DNA from: Spongospora subterranea f. sp. subterranea
Taxonomy: Eukaryota
Assembly: GCA_049724395.1 (NCBI GenBank)
Contig: JAUGWO010000084.1
Coordinates: 1-64,000 of the forward strand
Reading direction: 5' to 3'
Length of the DNA: 64,000 nucleotides
Shown here: positions 12,773 to 26,001 of the stretch, in pieces
Position numbering within the stretch: the first letter of the stretch is position 1
Layout of the letters: each line of letters begins with the position of its first letter
Notes under the pieces: generated by a model
Database searches by the model: none
What the model saw: only the letters and a program-made list of their open reading frames with translations
What the model was told of the DNA's origin: nothing
Made by a program: the position numbers and the translations under genes

Positions 12773-14465
12773 TTATTCGGTTGAGCCGTTCTCAGGGTTG
12801 ATCGTGGCGGTATTGTTGGGCTTTGGTATGGCGTCGTTGACACATTTCTGAAGATTCCTGGACGATATCACAAACTGCAATAAGATCGCGTAGACGCTAC
12901 TGGTTTCTTTCACTTTCTCAACGTCAAGCCCTTCGATGAGATCCCCAACTTTCTTTACATCGAACATCCCTAATTCATACATTGAACAGCGGATCGCATG
13001 TGAAAAAGCAACGAGTCCGACCTGGCTTTGAGGGATCAAACAAACGAATACTATCGAGGACGGTCTGATCAACTATCTGATGCGGTTTGAGATGGGCAGG
13101 GACATCAATTTCCAGGACGACAAACAGCGCGTTCAGCACCTGAACAGGACCGATCGGGCACGATAATCGTCTTAAACCTGATAAGGTCTCGGCTCTGCGT
13201 TCGATACATTTCTGAGCGACGCCATGGGCGATCCGTTCCACGACGAAAGGCCCATCTCCCCCGACATTCGCCTTTACCTCCTCCATGATTCGCGCTTCGT
13301 CTTCTTGGCTGATTCTGCTGGACACTTCTTCTTTCCGCCAGGAGCGTTCGCTGTTAAAGGCTCGCTCGTCCACGCCAATCAATGCGGTTCTCAGCATCAT
13401 AATGAGCCGACGGCTCTCGTCCATTTCATTCGCCCGAAGCTCCCGAGATTGTCCTGAGCGCGGGTCATCTTCGGGAAATCGTACCGCGATAAAACAAAAT
13501 ACCAATCGTGTCGAAAGCGATGACAATGTGGTAGGGGGTTCGTGGCGCCTTAACAAGCTCAGGTACGGGTTCAGCAGGTCTATCTATCGGCGGAGACGAG
13601 TCTGATGGCGGCGGGGTAGTCGGGAACGAATTCAGGTAATATGATCCATCAGCCAATGACAACGCCGGCTCATGGAGCAGCGATTCGTAATCGACAGCGA
13701 TCGCTGCATATGAACCAACATCCTTTCGTCGGAAAAACGTCAATTTCTGGCTCAAATCGCCTGATTACAAACGGTTCAGGAGATATCAAGGGGTCGGCAA
13801 TCAATTTTCCATCAAACCCAATATGGTGTTGGCGATCAGCAACACTTTTGGTTCATATGCGATTTGAGCGGAGGAAGCGGGGTCGGCGTCGCCTTCCTCG
13901 GAAGACGGCTCTACGTCTTTAAACAGGTCGAATGTAATGGCCGGTGGCGATAGCAGCTGACCGACCATGAATTCGTGCCCATCGCTGGCACTGATATAGC
14001 GAATGCGCTTCCCGTCGTCAACGTCTTCGACCACCCCGATATAAACCTGATGGCTTCCTCAGTCATTGTGAAATCGAGAGCATTGTAGACAAATGGGCCT
14101 ACTCCCGTAGCTTCTAATCGTTTACAAAAGTGGTTGGCGAATAACGATAACAGCTGAAGAATTGTCGAGCAAGAGTCGGCAGAATCGGCGAAACGCTGAT
14201 CGGCGATCAGAATATTGGCTCGGGTGATGGCGGTTGCCTCAATCTTCTCATTCCGTTGCGCCTGTTCGCATTTCACCACGAGCTCTCTCGCAGCGATCTT
14301 GGACCGGTTCTGGATCTGCCCTTCACTTCTCTTCTGGTTATCGACATATTTCAGCAAATATTGCGACAGATAGTCGACGGGATCTTCAGGATTATTCAAT
14401 AAAACCGAGGCGAGACCGTCCGACAATACAACGCCGACGTTTTTCTTGAGATATTCGGCATCCAT
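12773..14465 (-). CDS. Dpy-30 motif protein, radial spoke RSP2/DYDC-like (multi-exon)
   Basis: N-terminal MDAEYLKKNVGVVLSDGLASVLLNNPEDPVDYLSQYLLKYV is a Dpy-30 dimerisation motif, followed by coiled coil and a GAF-like region (RYISASDGHEFMVG, SYAAIAVDYES, FDTIG). Adjacent ORFs can be joined by short introns. Confidence 0.65.
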
Positions 14466-14603
14466 TAGGATGTTAAAACGACAATCGATGGCTGATGGGA
14501 TCAGTTCGGTACAGATTTCAGATCAAACAAATAATAAAAAACTGTATTACTCCTCATACGTTAGAGGGCCTATATATTAGCTCCAGAACTGGATAAATGG
14601 ATC

Positions 14604-14870
14604 TTATTGAGCGATTGTGTGATTTCCTGGATTGCGGCGATTATCGTGAACAGAAATAGATATCTGATGTTCAATCAACGCTTGTTGCAGTTTGCGACGA
14701 GATCCAATTTTCATGCCAATGGCGATAAGAGTCGACTCTGGCACGCTTGCCAATGCGTCAATATCTTGCGCGATCCGGGATAACGGTTCTTGCCAGCTTT
14801 CTAAACGCCGAGCCTGGAGGAACGCCATCATTTCCTTACGCCGATCCCCGTAATGTTGGCCATCTATCAT
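14604..14870 (-). CDS. SAM-domain-encoding ORF or exon, possibly the 3' end of a decayed gene
   Basis: FLQARRLESWQEPL...DIDALASVPESTLIAIGMKIGSRRKLQQAL fits the SAM consensus (FL..L.L......L......L..IG..G.RRK). Confidence 0.6.
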   Translation of the reverse strand: MIDGQHYGDRRKEMMAFLQARRLESWQEPLSRIAQDIDALASVPESTLIAIGMKIGSRRKLQQALIEHQISISVHDNRRNPGNHTIAQ

Positions 14871-16019
14871 CGCCCCGCGTAGTTGTTATTTCCAGAAAAG
14901 TCGAGAAACGGGACCCAGTTCACCTCCTGGCCCCCTTGGCCCACTCCCACACTGATGTGTCTGTAACTCACTGTCGACCGACCGAGGTCCTTGACACAAG
15001 AACTGCCCAACACGTCCCTTGTGCGACTGGACTGGGACCGTTCCGGTACAGGGCAGAGTAGTCTCCCCCTTCCCCCCACACACAAATCTTTGACGCGCTG
15101 CAGCGCTCTTGTGACAATGCCTGTTCTGTGATCCACTATGGGGAGTGTGATTTTATATTTGAATATAAATAATACCGAACATATAATGGCAGAATTGTGT
15201 TGAAAAGGAGAGTGACAACATGCGAACAGAGCAAGTGAGATTATGGTTAACAACAAACGGAGATGGTTTCAACTGGCCGTCACGCCAGCGACCAACTCCA
15301 CGATTCCAGATCAAGCGGCCTTCTCGCAGCTTCATCCGATGTCTGCAATGGCTTGCGCCACCACATATGGCCAGATTTACTGGCAGTGTTTCAATCTCGG
15401 TCCTAATTAGAGCATCTTGTATGCTCTGGAGCATGGTTTGCGATTGTTTTTTAAATGTGTATAACAAACTGCTGTCTTGTCAAATTCTCTAAATCTATTG
15501 ACATATATAGCCGATTATACGATGATTTAATGCCGGTAGAATGCATTCACATTTGGTCTCACCGTATCTGAGCAACGTCGGCAGTTTTGAACACCTACCA
15601 ATATGCAATCGTTTTCCCTCGCCCGCAGCACCTAGAGAATCAGCCCAGTCAATTCTTCATCAGCTAACATAGGCCTTTAACAATTTAAGCCCAGCATCCT
15701 TGGCATTTTATTCGCATTTGCTTGGAAGGTTCTCAACTCGATTGGAACCGTGTCTCATCTTTAAGTTGAACGTATACCGACGCCCTTTGAGTATTGCTTG
15801 ATTGCTTCGATCGGCGTCGTAAGTAGTCAAAGATGAAAATGAAGCTCAAGCTAGTATGGAACTTCTGAATATGACAAGTCAGTAAGAAGTTACCGATAAT
15901 AATGAAGTTCACGTGTTTGCCCTCAAGGTTATATAATAGGACTAAATAAACAAGAACGTTACAATACTCATGAAATTGAAGGTACTTGCTGTGAGCAGAG
16001 GTGGTATGTACTCACATTA

Positions 16020-16933
16020 TTTGCGTTACGCCCTGTTACTGACATATCTGTTGCGTTACGACCTGTACTGACATATCTGTTGCGTTACGACCTGTACTGA
16101 CATATCTGTACTGACATATCTGTTGCGTTACGACCTGTACTGACATATCTGTACTGACATATCTATTGCGTTACGCGTTACGTTACGACCTGTTACAGGT
16201 ACCTGTACTGACATACTGTTACGACCATATCTGTTGCGTTACGACCTGTACTGACATATCTGTTGCGTTACGACCTGTACTGACATATCTGTTGCGTTAC
16301 GACCTGTACTGACATATCTATTGCGTTACGACCTGTACTGACATATCTGTTGCGTTACGACCTGTACTGACATATCTGTTGCGTTACGACCTGTACTGAC
16401 ATATCTATTGCGTTACGACCTGTACTGACATATCTGTTGCGTTACGACCTGTACTGACATAACTATTGCGTTACGACCTGTACTGACATATCTGTTGCGT
16501 TACGACCTGTACTGACATATCTATTGCGTTACGACCTGTACTGACATATCTGTTGCGTTACGACCTGTACTGACATATCTATTGCGTTACGACCTGTACT
16601 GATATATCTGTTGCGTTACGACGACCTGTACTGACATATCTGTTGCGTTACGACCTGTACTGACATATCTATTGCGTTACGACCTGTACTGACATGTCTG
16701 TTGCGTTACGACCTGTACTGATATATCTATTGCGTTACGACCTGTACTGATATATCTGTTGCGTTACGACCTGTACTGACATATCTGTTGCGTTACGACC
16801 TGTACTGACATATCTGTTGCGTTACGACCTGTACTGATATATCTATTGCGTTACGACCTGTACTGATATATCTGTTGCGTTACGACCTGTACTGACATAT
16901 CTGTTGCGTTACGACCTGTACTGACATATCTGT
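16020..16933 (+). repeat. 29-bp minisatellite (ACCTGTACTGACATATCT(G/A)TTGCGTTACG), ~30 copies
   Basis: Period of 29 bp read directly. CTGTTG and CTATTG variants alternate in the middle of the array. Confidence 0.97.
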
Positions 16934-17439
16934 AATTTTGAGCCTGCAAAGGAAATCCATAAATACCTAGGCAAAAAAAATCTGTGCCATTGCGTCTGGC
17001 TCTTCGTCTCGATCGAATCTGACCCGTCTCACACAACAAAACGCAAGAATAATTAACATTTCACAATTCACAACGCCGATTTTTGCAAACAGAACTGCCA
17101 CAATCGCTGGATACAATTTGATCAACAACAAATTCGGCCAGACACCAGATATGAACAATCAAAGTGACATTATCGCCAAAAATTACTGAAGCATGGACCT
17201 GGCATAAGTGGTTTGATACAGTATATCTATGAGTAAGCGATGCATGAGTAAACAATGCATCATGTTGTCCTCATTCTTATCATAAATGTATTCAACTCTT
17301 TGCCATGTTCTGGTAATGCAGCATTCGCTGAATTCTTCAAAATCGGTGAAAACTCTGAAAGAATCAATGGGGACGAAGCAATGTGGAGGAATTTGTTAGT
17401 TCCTTCTTTATGTACCAGAAATCTGGAAGTTCAACTAGC

Positions 17440-18800
17440 GAGAATCAGTTTTACATCTAAACCATGTGGTCTGCTTTCAGATGTTGATCCAATTAGCATC
17501 AGACTTGTTCTGGCAGACACGTTGTAATACACTTCATATTACAGGTACTTGGAATCTGCATCAAAAAGCCGTCGCCTCTGATAATACAGTACAACAATTG
17601 CTTTACGCAACAGATGAAACATGCTTTTGGACCCACTTATTAGCTTTTGCTTCATTGTTATGTGGATGTCCTTGTTAGTATGCAGTTAAATAGTACGGTA
17701 AAAGTCCTCTTGCCCACAGTTGACACATTAAGCAATTTTTTGAGTTGCCCAAAGTTCTCAACTTGCCCATAGGTGATGTGTTAAACAGCTTCTTAACTTG
17801 CATAGTTGATATGTTAAGCAAATTCTTGAGTTGCCCAAAGTGAATATGTTAAACAGCTTCTTAACTTGCCCAGAGCTGATATGTTAAACTACATTGTAGT
17901 TTGTTCCTCGTTAACCTCCTTTGAGATGAAAATATTCGATGATCGATCACGTTTGCGAATACTTGGCTCATGCAGCAAATGGTTTTTATAAATTGTGAAG
18001 ATTGGTTCTTCATAGGTTTGGTGAAACGGCCAGATCATACCTTGCAGAATTCTTCAGCCTTAACATTGACACACCTTTCAGATTTTCCTGAATGTCATTC
18101 CTCTTTTAACATTGAAGGCCAGTGAAGCGTTACATTTTGTTATGAAATTGCAGGCCTTTATTGACTGCGATTCTCTCAACTGTCATCTGAAGATTCGTAG
18201 AAGGAATTACATGCACACATTATGCCATTAAAGCTAAAGAATTGAGCAAAATATGATCTGGCCGCCTGACAAAACCCATGAGTACATAACATCAGGCAAG
18301 TGAAGAAGCGGTTTTAACAAACAGATATCAATTTGCAATATAGAAGCGGGTCAATATATCAAGTCAAGAAAACAGTTTAAACTATCAACTATGGGCAATG
18401 TAATTAGCGGTTTTACTTATTAACTATGGGCGATGTAAAAAGAGATTCAACTTAATAACTATGGGCGATCTAAGAAGCGGTTTAACAAATCAACTAACTG
18501 CAAATTGATAAGGACTTCCACACAACAATAAAGTTAAAGTTTATGAATGGGGTTAAAAAAGAATGTTCAATTTGTTGCATGCTGACGAATCTTCAGATGA
18601 CAGTCGAGGGAGTCACGTTAATGCAATTCTCATAACAGAACGTAACCCTAATACAGAGAGTAACGCTGAGAGGGCAATCCTTAGTGACCTTGATTGTTAC
18701 GTTAACCTCTCGTCTTCTTACCTTGCCCCTCAGTTTTATTGTTGACTCCCACCTTTGAATCGTCACAAAACACTCATGAATGATTAAGGTTTCACAAGCC
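17440..18800. repeat. Diverged dispersed-repeat modules that flank the satellite family
   Basis: 17480-17680 resembles 19700-19890; 17910-18060 resembles 10808-10960 and 20060-20250; 18587-18712 resembles 11099-11222. Degenerate satellite units at 17730-17890 (+) and 18300-18500 (-). Confidence 0.75.
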
Positions 18801-18921
18801 CTATCAAATCACAATATAATCCATAATGGAAAAGTCCAACTCAGGCAATTCAACGATGCGGCCAAAAATTGATTATGCCCCGGTAGAGCAAAGGAGTTCA
18901 GATACTAGTGAAGCACAAGTG

Positions 18922-19640
18922 GATGGGCAAGTTATGAAGCTGTTTAACTAATCACTATGGGCAAGTTAAGAAGCTGTTTATCCTAATCACTATAGGCAAG
19001 TTAAGAAGCTGTTTATCCTAATCACTATGGGCAAGTTAAGAAGCTGTTTAACATAATCACTATGGGCAAGTTAAGAAGCTGTTTATCCTAATCACTATGG
19101 GCAAGTTAAGAAGCTGTTTATCCTAATCACTATAGGCAAGTTAAGAAGCTGTTTATCCTAATCACTATAGGCAAGTTAAGAAGCTGTTTATCCTAATCAC
19201 TATGGGCAAGTTAAGAAGCTGTTTATCCTAATCACTATGGGCAAGTTAAGAAGCTGTTTATCCTAATCACTATAGGCAAGTTAAGAAGCTGTTTAACCTA
19301 ATCACTATGGGCAAGTTGAGGAGCTGTTTATCCTAATCACTATAGTCAAGTTAAGAAGCTGTTTAACCTATTCACTATGGGCAAGTTAAGAAGCTGTTTA
19401 TCCTAATCACTATAGTCAAGTTAAGAAGCTGTTTAACCTATTCACTATGGGCAAGTTAAGAAGCTGTTTATCCTAATCACTATAGTCAAGTTAAGAAGCT
19501 GTTTAACATAATCACTATGGGCAAGTTAAGAAGCTGTTTATCCTAATCACTATATCAAGTTAAGAAGCTGTTTAACCTATTCACTATGGGCAAGTAAGAA
19601 GCTGTTTATCCTAATCACAATGGGCAAGTTGAGAAACTGT
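18922..19640 (-). repeat. Satellite array B: 35-bp unit, inverted relative to arrays A and C, ~20 copies
   Basis: AATCACTATGGGCAAGTTAAGAAGCTGTTTATCCT repeated. It is the reverse complement of the array A core with a ~5-bp insertion. Confidence 0.95.
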
Positions 19641-20369
19641 TCAACGGACAAGCTAAAGCGGAATCAGTTCTTCTTACAGACCTTGCGGTCTGTTTCATTT
19701 ATTGATCCCCAATTAGTGTCAGGCTCGTTCAGGCAGAAACTTTGTAATGAACTTTCATAATTCGTGTCCTTCGAATCGGCATCAACAAGCCGTTACCCCT
19801 GATCGTAAAGCAACGGAGGGGTTATGCAACAAATGGAACATCCTTTTGGACCCCATTATTGATCTACCTCTATTGTTATTTGGAAGTCTTAATCAGTTTG
19901 CGGTTAAATATAAAATCAAACCGCTCAGATAGCACATAGTTGATAAGTTAAACCGCTTCAGATAACCCTTAGTTGATAATTTGAACAGCTTTCTTAGATT
20001 GCCCTTGCTTCATACATAGCCGTTAGTCGATAAGTCAAACCGCGTCTTAGCTTGCCCTTGACCTCCTTCAGATGAATGATTATTCGATGATCGATTGCAT
20101 TGCGAAGACCTGGCTTATCAACAAAAGGGTTATGAATTGTGAAGGCAAAGGCTGATTATTCATGGGTTTGTTGAAAGCCAGATCATATCTTATCCAATTC
20201 TTCATGGTTTGGTGAGACGGTCAGATCATATCATGTCCAGAATTGTTACAATTCACTTTCCTTTTCCGAAATTGCCCTATTTAACAGATGGAACATGCCT
20301 TTGGACCCCATTATCAGCTTTAACTTCACTGTTATGTGGAAGTTTTATCAGTTTTGGTGAATATGTTCA

Positions 20370-21562
20370 ACGGCTTCTTAACTTGCCCATAGTGATTGGG
20401 ATAAACATCTTCTTAACTTGCCCATAATGATTAGGTTTAACAGCTTTAACTTCCCATAGTGATTAAACAGCTTTAACTTGCCCATAGTGATTAAACAGCT
20501 TTAACTTGCCCATAGTGATTAAACCGCTATCTTTAACTTGCCCATAGTGATTAAACAGCTTTAACTTGCCCATAGTGATTAAACAGCTTTAACTTGCCCA
20601 TAGTGATTAAACCGCTTTAACTTCCCATAGTGATTAAACCGCTTTAACTTCCCATAGTGATTAAACAGCTTTAACTTGCCCATAGTGATTAAACAGCTTT
20701 AACTTGCCCATAGTGATTGATTTAACTTCCCATAGTGATTAAACCGCTTTAACTTCCCATAGTGATTAAACCGCTTTAACTTCCCATAGTGATTAAACAG
20801 CTTTAACTTGCCCATAGTGATTAAACAGCTTTAACTTCCCATAGTGATTAAACAGCTTTAACTTGATTAAACCTTTAACTTGCCCATAGTGATTAAACCG
20901 CTTTAACTTCCCATAGTGATTAAACCGCTTTAACTTCCCATAGTGATTAAACAGCTTTAACTTGCCCATAGTGATTAAACAGCTTTAACTTGCCCATAGT
21001 GATTAAACAGCTTTAACTTCCCATAGTGATTAAACCATAGTGCTTTAACTTGCCCATAGTGATTAAACAGCTTTAACTTGCCCATAGTGATTAAACAGCT
21101 TTAACTTGCCCATAGTGATTAGGTTTAACAGCTTTAACTTGCCATAGTTTAAACAGCTTTAACTTGCCCATAGTGATTAGGTTTAACAGCTTTAACTTGC
21201 CCATAGTGATTAGGTTTAACAGCTTTAACTTGCCCATAGTGATTAAACTGCTTTAACTTCCCATAGTGATTAAACTGCTTTAACTTGCCCATAGTGATTA
21301 AACCGCTTTAACTTCCCATAGTGATTAAACAGCTTTAACTTGCCCATAGTGATTAAACAGCTTTAACTTCCCATAGTGATTAAACAGCTTTAACTTGCCC
21401 ATAGTGATTAAACAGCTTTAACTTCCCATAGTGATTAAACCGCTTTAACTTGCCCATAGTGATTAAACAGCTTTAACTTGCCCATAGTGATTAAACAGCT
21501 TTAACTTGCCATAGTGATTAAACAGCTTTAACTTCCCATAGTGGTTAAACAGCTTTAACTTC
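20370..21562 (+). repeat. Satellite array C: 28/27-bp unit, ~40 copies
   Basis: TTAACTT(G)CCCATAGTGATTAAAC(A/C)GCT repeated; the array A core minus 2 bp. Confidence 0.95.
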
Positions 21563-21819
21563 CACGATTTCCTACGTCTCACATTTCAACCTTTGCAGAT
21601 CATTCGATAATGATATATGCGACTGGATGGGTAATATTCCAAGAACCGGTACCGGTACTCAACGTCAAGTCTAATCCGGACCTCTTCGAAAACAGCGTGA
21701 GAATGATTACAGTACGATAGGGTGTGGGATTGGGAAGGCTGCTGCTGTCACAACATATCATGATATTGTCATATCCATCCCGTTATTACCTTGATCAGTG
21801 CTCGTGAACGAGAGGGAGC

Positions 21820-23280
21820 ATGGCGTTGCGCCGTTTAATACAGTCACCTGCTCAGACCCTCTCGCTCGGGAGGGTTCAGGCCTTGGACCGGGCGTTGAAC
21901 TCGCCATGGTCCCAATACCCATGTGTCCACATAGCGGGTAGTAATGGGAAAGGGTCTACCGCCGGCAAGCTTGCCCGGTCACTGTCGAATGCCGGCTACA
22001 ACACCGGCTTGTTCACTTCCCCTCATATCCACACAATATGTGAACGGATTCAAGTTAACGGTCGCTATATTCAATACCCACAGCTCCAGAAATACCTGGC
22101 GCAAGTGCTAGCGGTAGAAGGGCCCAATACTAGGCCAACCACATTTGAGGCTCTTACCTTGGCTGCGTTGCTTTATTTCAGAGATCAGAATGTTGGTAGT
22201 CTAATAATGAAACCTTCATCAATAACCTAACAACTACATAGGTTGATTATGGGGTTATTGAATGTGGTCTTGGAGGGGGTAGTGACGCCACTAACATTAT
22301 AACCCCTGTTTTATCTGTCATAACCTCTATTTCTTTGGACCATTGCGATATCTTAGGAAATACCACAGACGAGATTACGTTTGCGAAAGCAGGCATCATC
22401 AAGGATCGGATTCCCGTTATAACAGGACCAACGGTTCCCCGACAAATAATCGACAGGATCGCCCTTGATCATGGTTCGACTCACTATCATGTTCGCAATG
22501 AGCACACTGATTCATCGCTTTCCTACGATAACGATAATCGTATGGTTGCCCTCCGCTGCTTGGAGATACTGGGCATTGATATTGCTGCTTGTGGTGATGG
22601 ATTATCTCACAGCCCATCGTGTCGTTACGAGCTCATACCTAATGCATACAACCGTTCAGTCATCATGGACGCTGCCCATAATCGGGATGGGCTAACGCGT
22701 CTTTGCCAGAGGGTTGCTGGGGATATGGCCAACAGATCGAAAGCTGGCTCTGCTACTGACGGCCGCACTCACTTCATCTTTGGCATGTGTAGAGATAAGT
22801 TGGAACCTAATTCAGCTCTATCTGTATTAACCGGTATATGCCCCCAATCTTCTGTTCATATTGTTCAAGCTGCCAACAATCAACGCTTCTGGCCAATTTC
22901 TGAATTCATTGCCCGTAAGTCCTTTTATTGACTACATCTTCCATTCGCCTAGTTGTTCTCTTTGCCTTTCGCTCAGTTATTTCTAATCGGACTGCCCCCA
23001 TGATTTTGTTTCATGATTAATTTTTCAAGCGCTTATTGTGGACTGTGATCTTTCAGAAACAGATGAATTATATTCTGTTCAATGCGTTTCAGATGGGAAT
23101 ATTCAAAGCACTATTGCTCATGTTTTAACGAATAGTCGTCCTGATGATTTGATTGTGATCTGTGGCTCCTTCTTTATTATGAAAGAAGCACGTCAGGCTC
23201 TGGGTATAAAATTTGAGCAATGTGCCGAAATCGATAATGAAACTGGACTGTTATTCGACAGCTGTATTGCTAAAGGATAA
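21820..23280 (+). CDS. folC: Folylpolyglutamate synthase/dihydrofolate synthase (multi-exon)
   Basis: HIAGSNGKGST, FTSPHI, ER, TFE, ECGLGGGSDATN, DHCDILG, KAGIIK, MDAAHN and ICGSFF motifs. Confidence 0.93.
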
Positions 23281-23308
23281 ACTTCAATTATTTCCTGAAC
23301 ATTCCGAT

Positions 23309-26001
23309 TTATTGTCGACGTGATCTAGGTCTAGACCTATTTTGTCCAGACGCAGCGGGCTGGGATAAGTTTAACACTGCTGACGCTTTCCGTTTAGTTG
23401 TTGTGCTCGATCGTTGAGCTGGAGCTGGTTGAGTAACCTCATCGTCGCCCATCATTTCTGATTCACTTCCTTTATCATCTTCGGCGTTCAAAAGAGCTTG
23501 TAATCGATCACGCTCCTGCTGTAACCGTTGTTCTTCCCTTGTGTTCTCATCAGCTTGTTGATCTCGATATGCCTACACAGTACTCAATATCCAATTTAAG
23601 TTTCACATCCGTAAACTAAACCTGAGTACTGTTTCTTGCCAATTCCTCGATATTATCGCTTGAAACATTATCGGCCGCTTTTAATTGTGCCTGGACTGAG
23701 CTGAGTCTAGATAATGTATATTCTTCAATAGCGCGGCCATCTCCTATTGACAACACCATCAATGTAAAAGTCAATATAAGGACAACTCGCCAGTACCTTT
23801 GCTCACAAATCTTTCTAATACGTCTGCTAGATCTAATTCTGAGCATATTCCAAGAGCCTTATTCCCAGTACTCTAAAATCATATAAGAATTTTGCCCATA
23901 TAATGATCAATACTATTACTAAGTGATCTTTAACAAGGTCTTCAATTTTTGTTCGGTTTTCTGTTCCATCTTCATCTACCTCTAAAACTAGACGATCGAC
24001 TTTTGTTCGCCGGGAGCCGCCAGTGTTTTGTTTTCGCATAATCTTTAAGACGAATGTTTGATAATGTCACAAACCAACAAAAACAACGTGATTGACGAGG
24101 AAAACGTCATACCTGTATAAGGCCATCAGGATTAGCAACTCGACCTATAAACTCTTGTCCAAATCGATGAATGTTAGGTGGTTGATATCCTTGGCAATTA
24201 ACCCTAATTCTTATTAGAGGCAGCCACTCGCTAGCTCCAACTTCAATCCCTGCTGGGCGAGGAAATTCGACAGTTGCCCGTGCGATACACGATGATATAC
24301 GAGCGTGAAGAAATGAAGTCGTCGCGACTGTATCTGAACGGTTTGGTAAATCCTATCAAGATAAATGTAAATATCGAAGATAAAGCATAAACAAATCGAT
24401 CTAACACGAGCAAAATCTTCTAACACAATGTCTTCCATAATAAATGGTCGCGGTGATTGCAATGGGATTGGAGTTAATCTGACATTATTTCCTCGAACTT
24501 CAACTAATCCGACATGTCTAAACATAATTTGTGTTGAGCAAGGTAGAATTATGAGTGATAATCAATTACTTTTTGACAGTTTCAGCTGCACATAGTGACG
24601 TAGCCGCTGACGAACCAGGTTGAGTGACCCAAAATCGACCTTCAGCACTTTCCTCCAGCTCAATTCGACACTCGTGCTCATGAGCCCATACAACAAGGTC
24701 CAGAAAATTAGGAAGCAAGGACTCAGGTATGCAGTTCTTATAGACTAAGGAATGACGAGTGCGATTTTGATGAAGAACTAGGAGATTAAACCTGACATAA
24801 ATATTGACTGAATTCAAACAGCGACGGCTACAGTGAGTACAAGGCTGACCACTGATCGGGATCTTGATTAGGCCTTGCCCACGACACCTAACGGTATTCC
24901 ATTGCTATTATCGACGACTCGCAATAAAAAATATATACGTCAATCACCTTCTTGCTCACCAATGTACGATGTAATCTCTCGTCTCTGATAGACCCCAGAC
25001 CGTATAAGGCTAATTGCGTTGTGCCTTTACGAAGAAGAATTGGATTCACACAAAACTCAGATATCTGTAGGATATAAAGTATTGTCAATCATGTGAACCT
25101 GATTGAATGAGAAAGTCTGACATTTTCCACCCGACCGAAGTAGTTAAGAAAATTTGCGCTATCAAGTATATCAAGAGCAGCATGACCACCACTCTAAATC
25201 GATGGTTCAGTGACTGCGAAAATTAACGAACCTGTGCTTAGTAACCCCTGATGGATCATCATGATTGCCATGGATCGCGAATATTGGCAGTGAAATATTG
25301 ATATTGGGATCCTCTATATTCGCACCGATGTATCACTAGCCATCCGAATTAGAATGGGAGGAATACCGACCGTAATTACAACATTGCCTGGTTGAAACTG
25401 TGTCAATAACTTTTCAAAAGGAGAGCCTAACAAAGCTCAAGCGACGGTCTCGCCATACCGTGCGTGAAATACTGTTGATGGATCAGACAGCATCTCAAAC
25501 GAGATAGGACGATCGCCGAGACAATGCTTCCGTAGACTGAATCACATCAACTGATATGATGGAGACCCCCCAGGACAAGAGACGATCACTGACAGCTGCA
25601 TGGTGTCGAATAGACACTGACGAGATGGTTTATTTTGATGAAACAAATCCCCGCCCAGTAATATGAAATCAACCTACACTCAATCAATGGTTAGATCCGT
25701 ATCAAAGAGGTCGTATATCGCTATTACATTAGCGGTCTTAGCAATGACCAATATTTCTTCAAAAGTCCTCATAGCGTCATTCCCACGAATCGGATCCTAT
25801 CGTAATGATTAGCGATGGGCCGTCGTGTTTGTGACAATTCCCGTCGGCACCTGCTCCTCACATCCTAAATGATTATCGGTCGCCACCAAAATGCGAAACG
25901 TGTCGGCGTCCGGTCTATCAAATTGCAGTGTGAATTTGGCGGTTAGCTGGGACCGACATCATCCACGAAACTGACGATATATCTAATGATCCGCTAGACA
26001 T
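23309..26001 (-). CDS. MRE11: Double-strand break repair nuclease MRE11 (many introns; start approximate)
   Basis: [69 protein letters not shown] and TQPGSS motifs. Confidence 0.95.

Noticed and set aside
18922..19640. Telomeric repeat (TTAGG-like words on the minus strand)
   Set aside because: Only isolated TTAGGA/TTAGGT words inside a 35-bp unit; no tandem telomere tract.
6770..21562. CRISPR-like arrays (28-41 bp periodicity)
   Set aside because: Units are head-to-tail with no unique spacers, there are no cas genes, and the context is eukaryotic.
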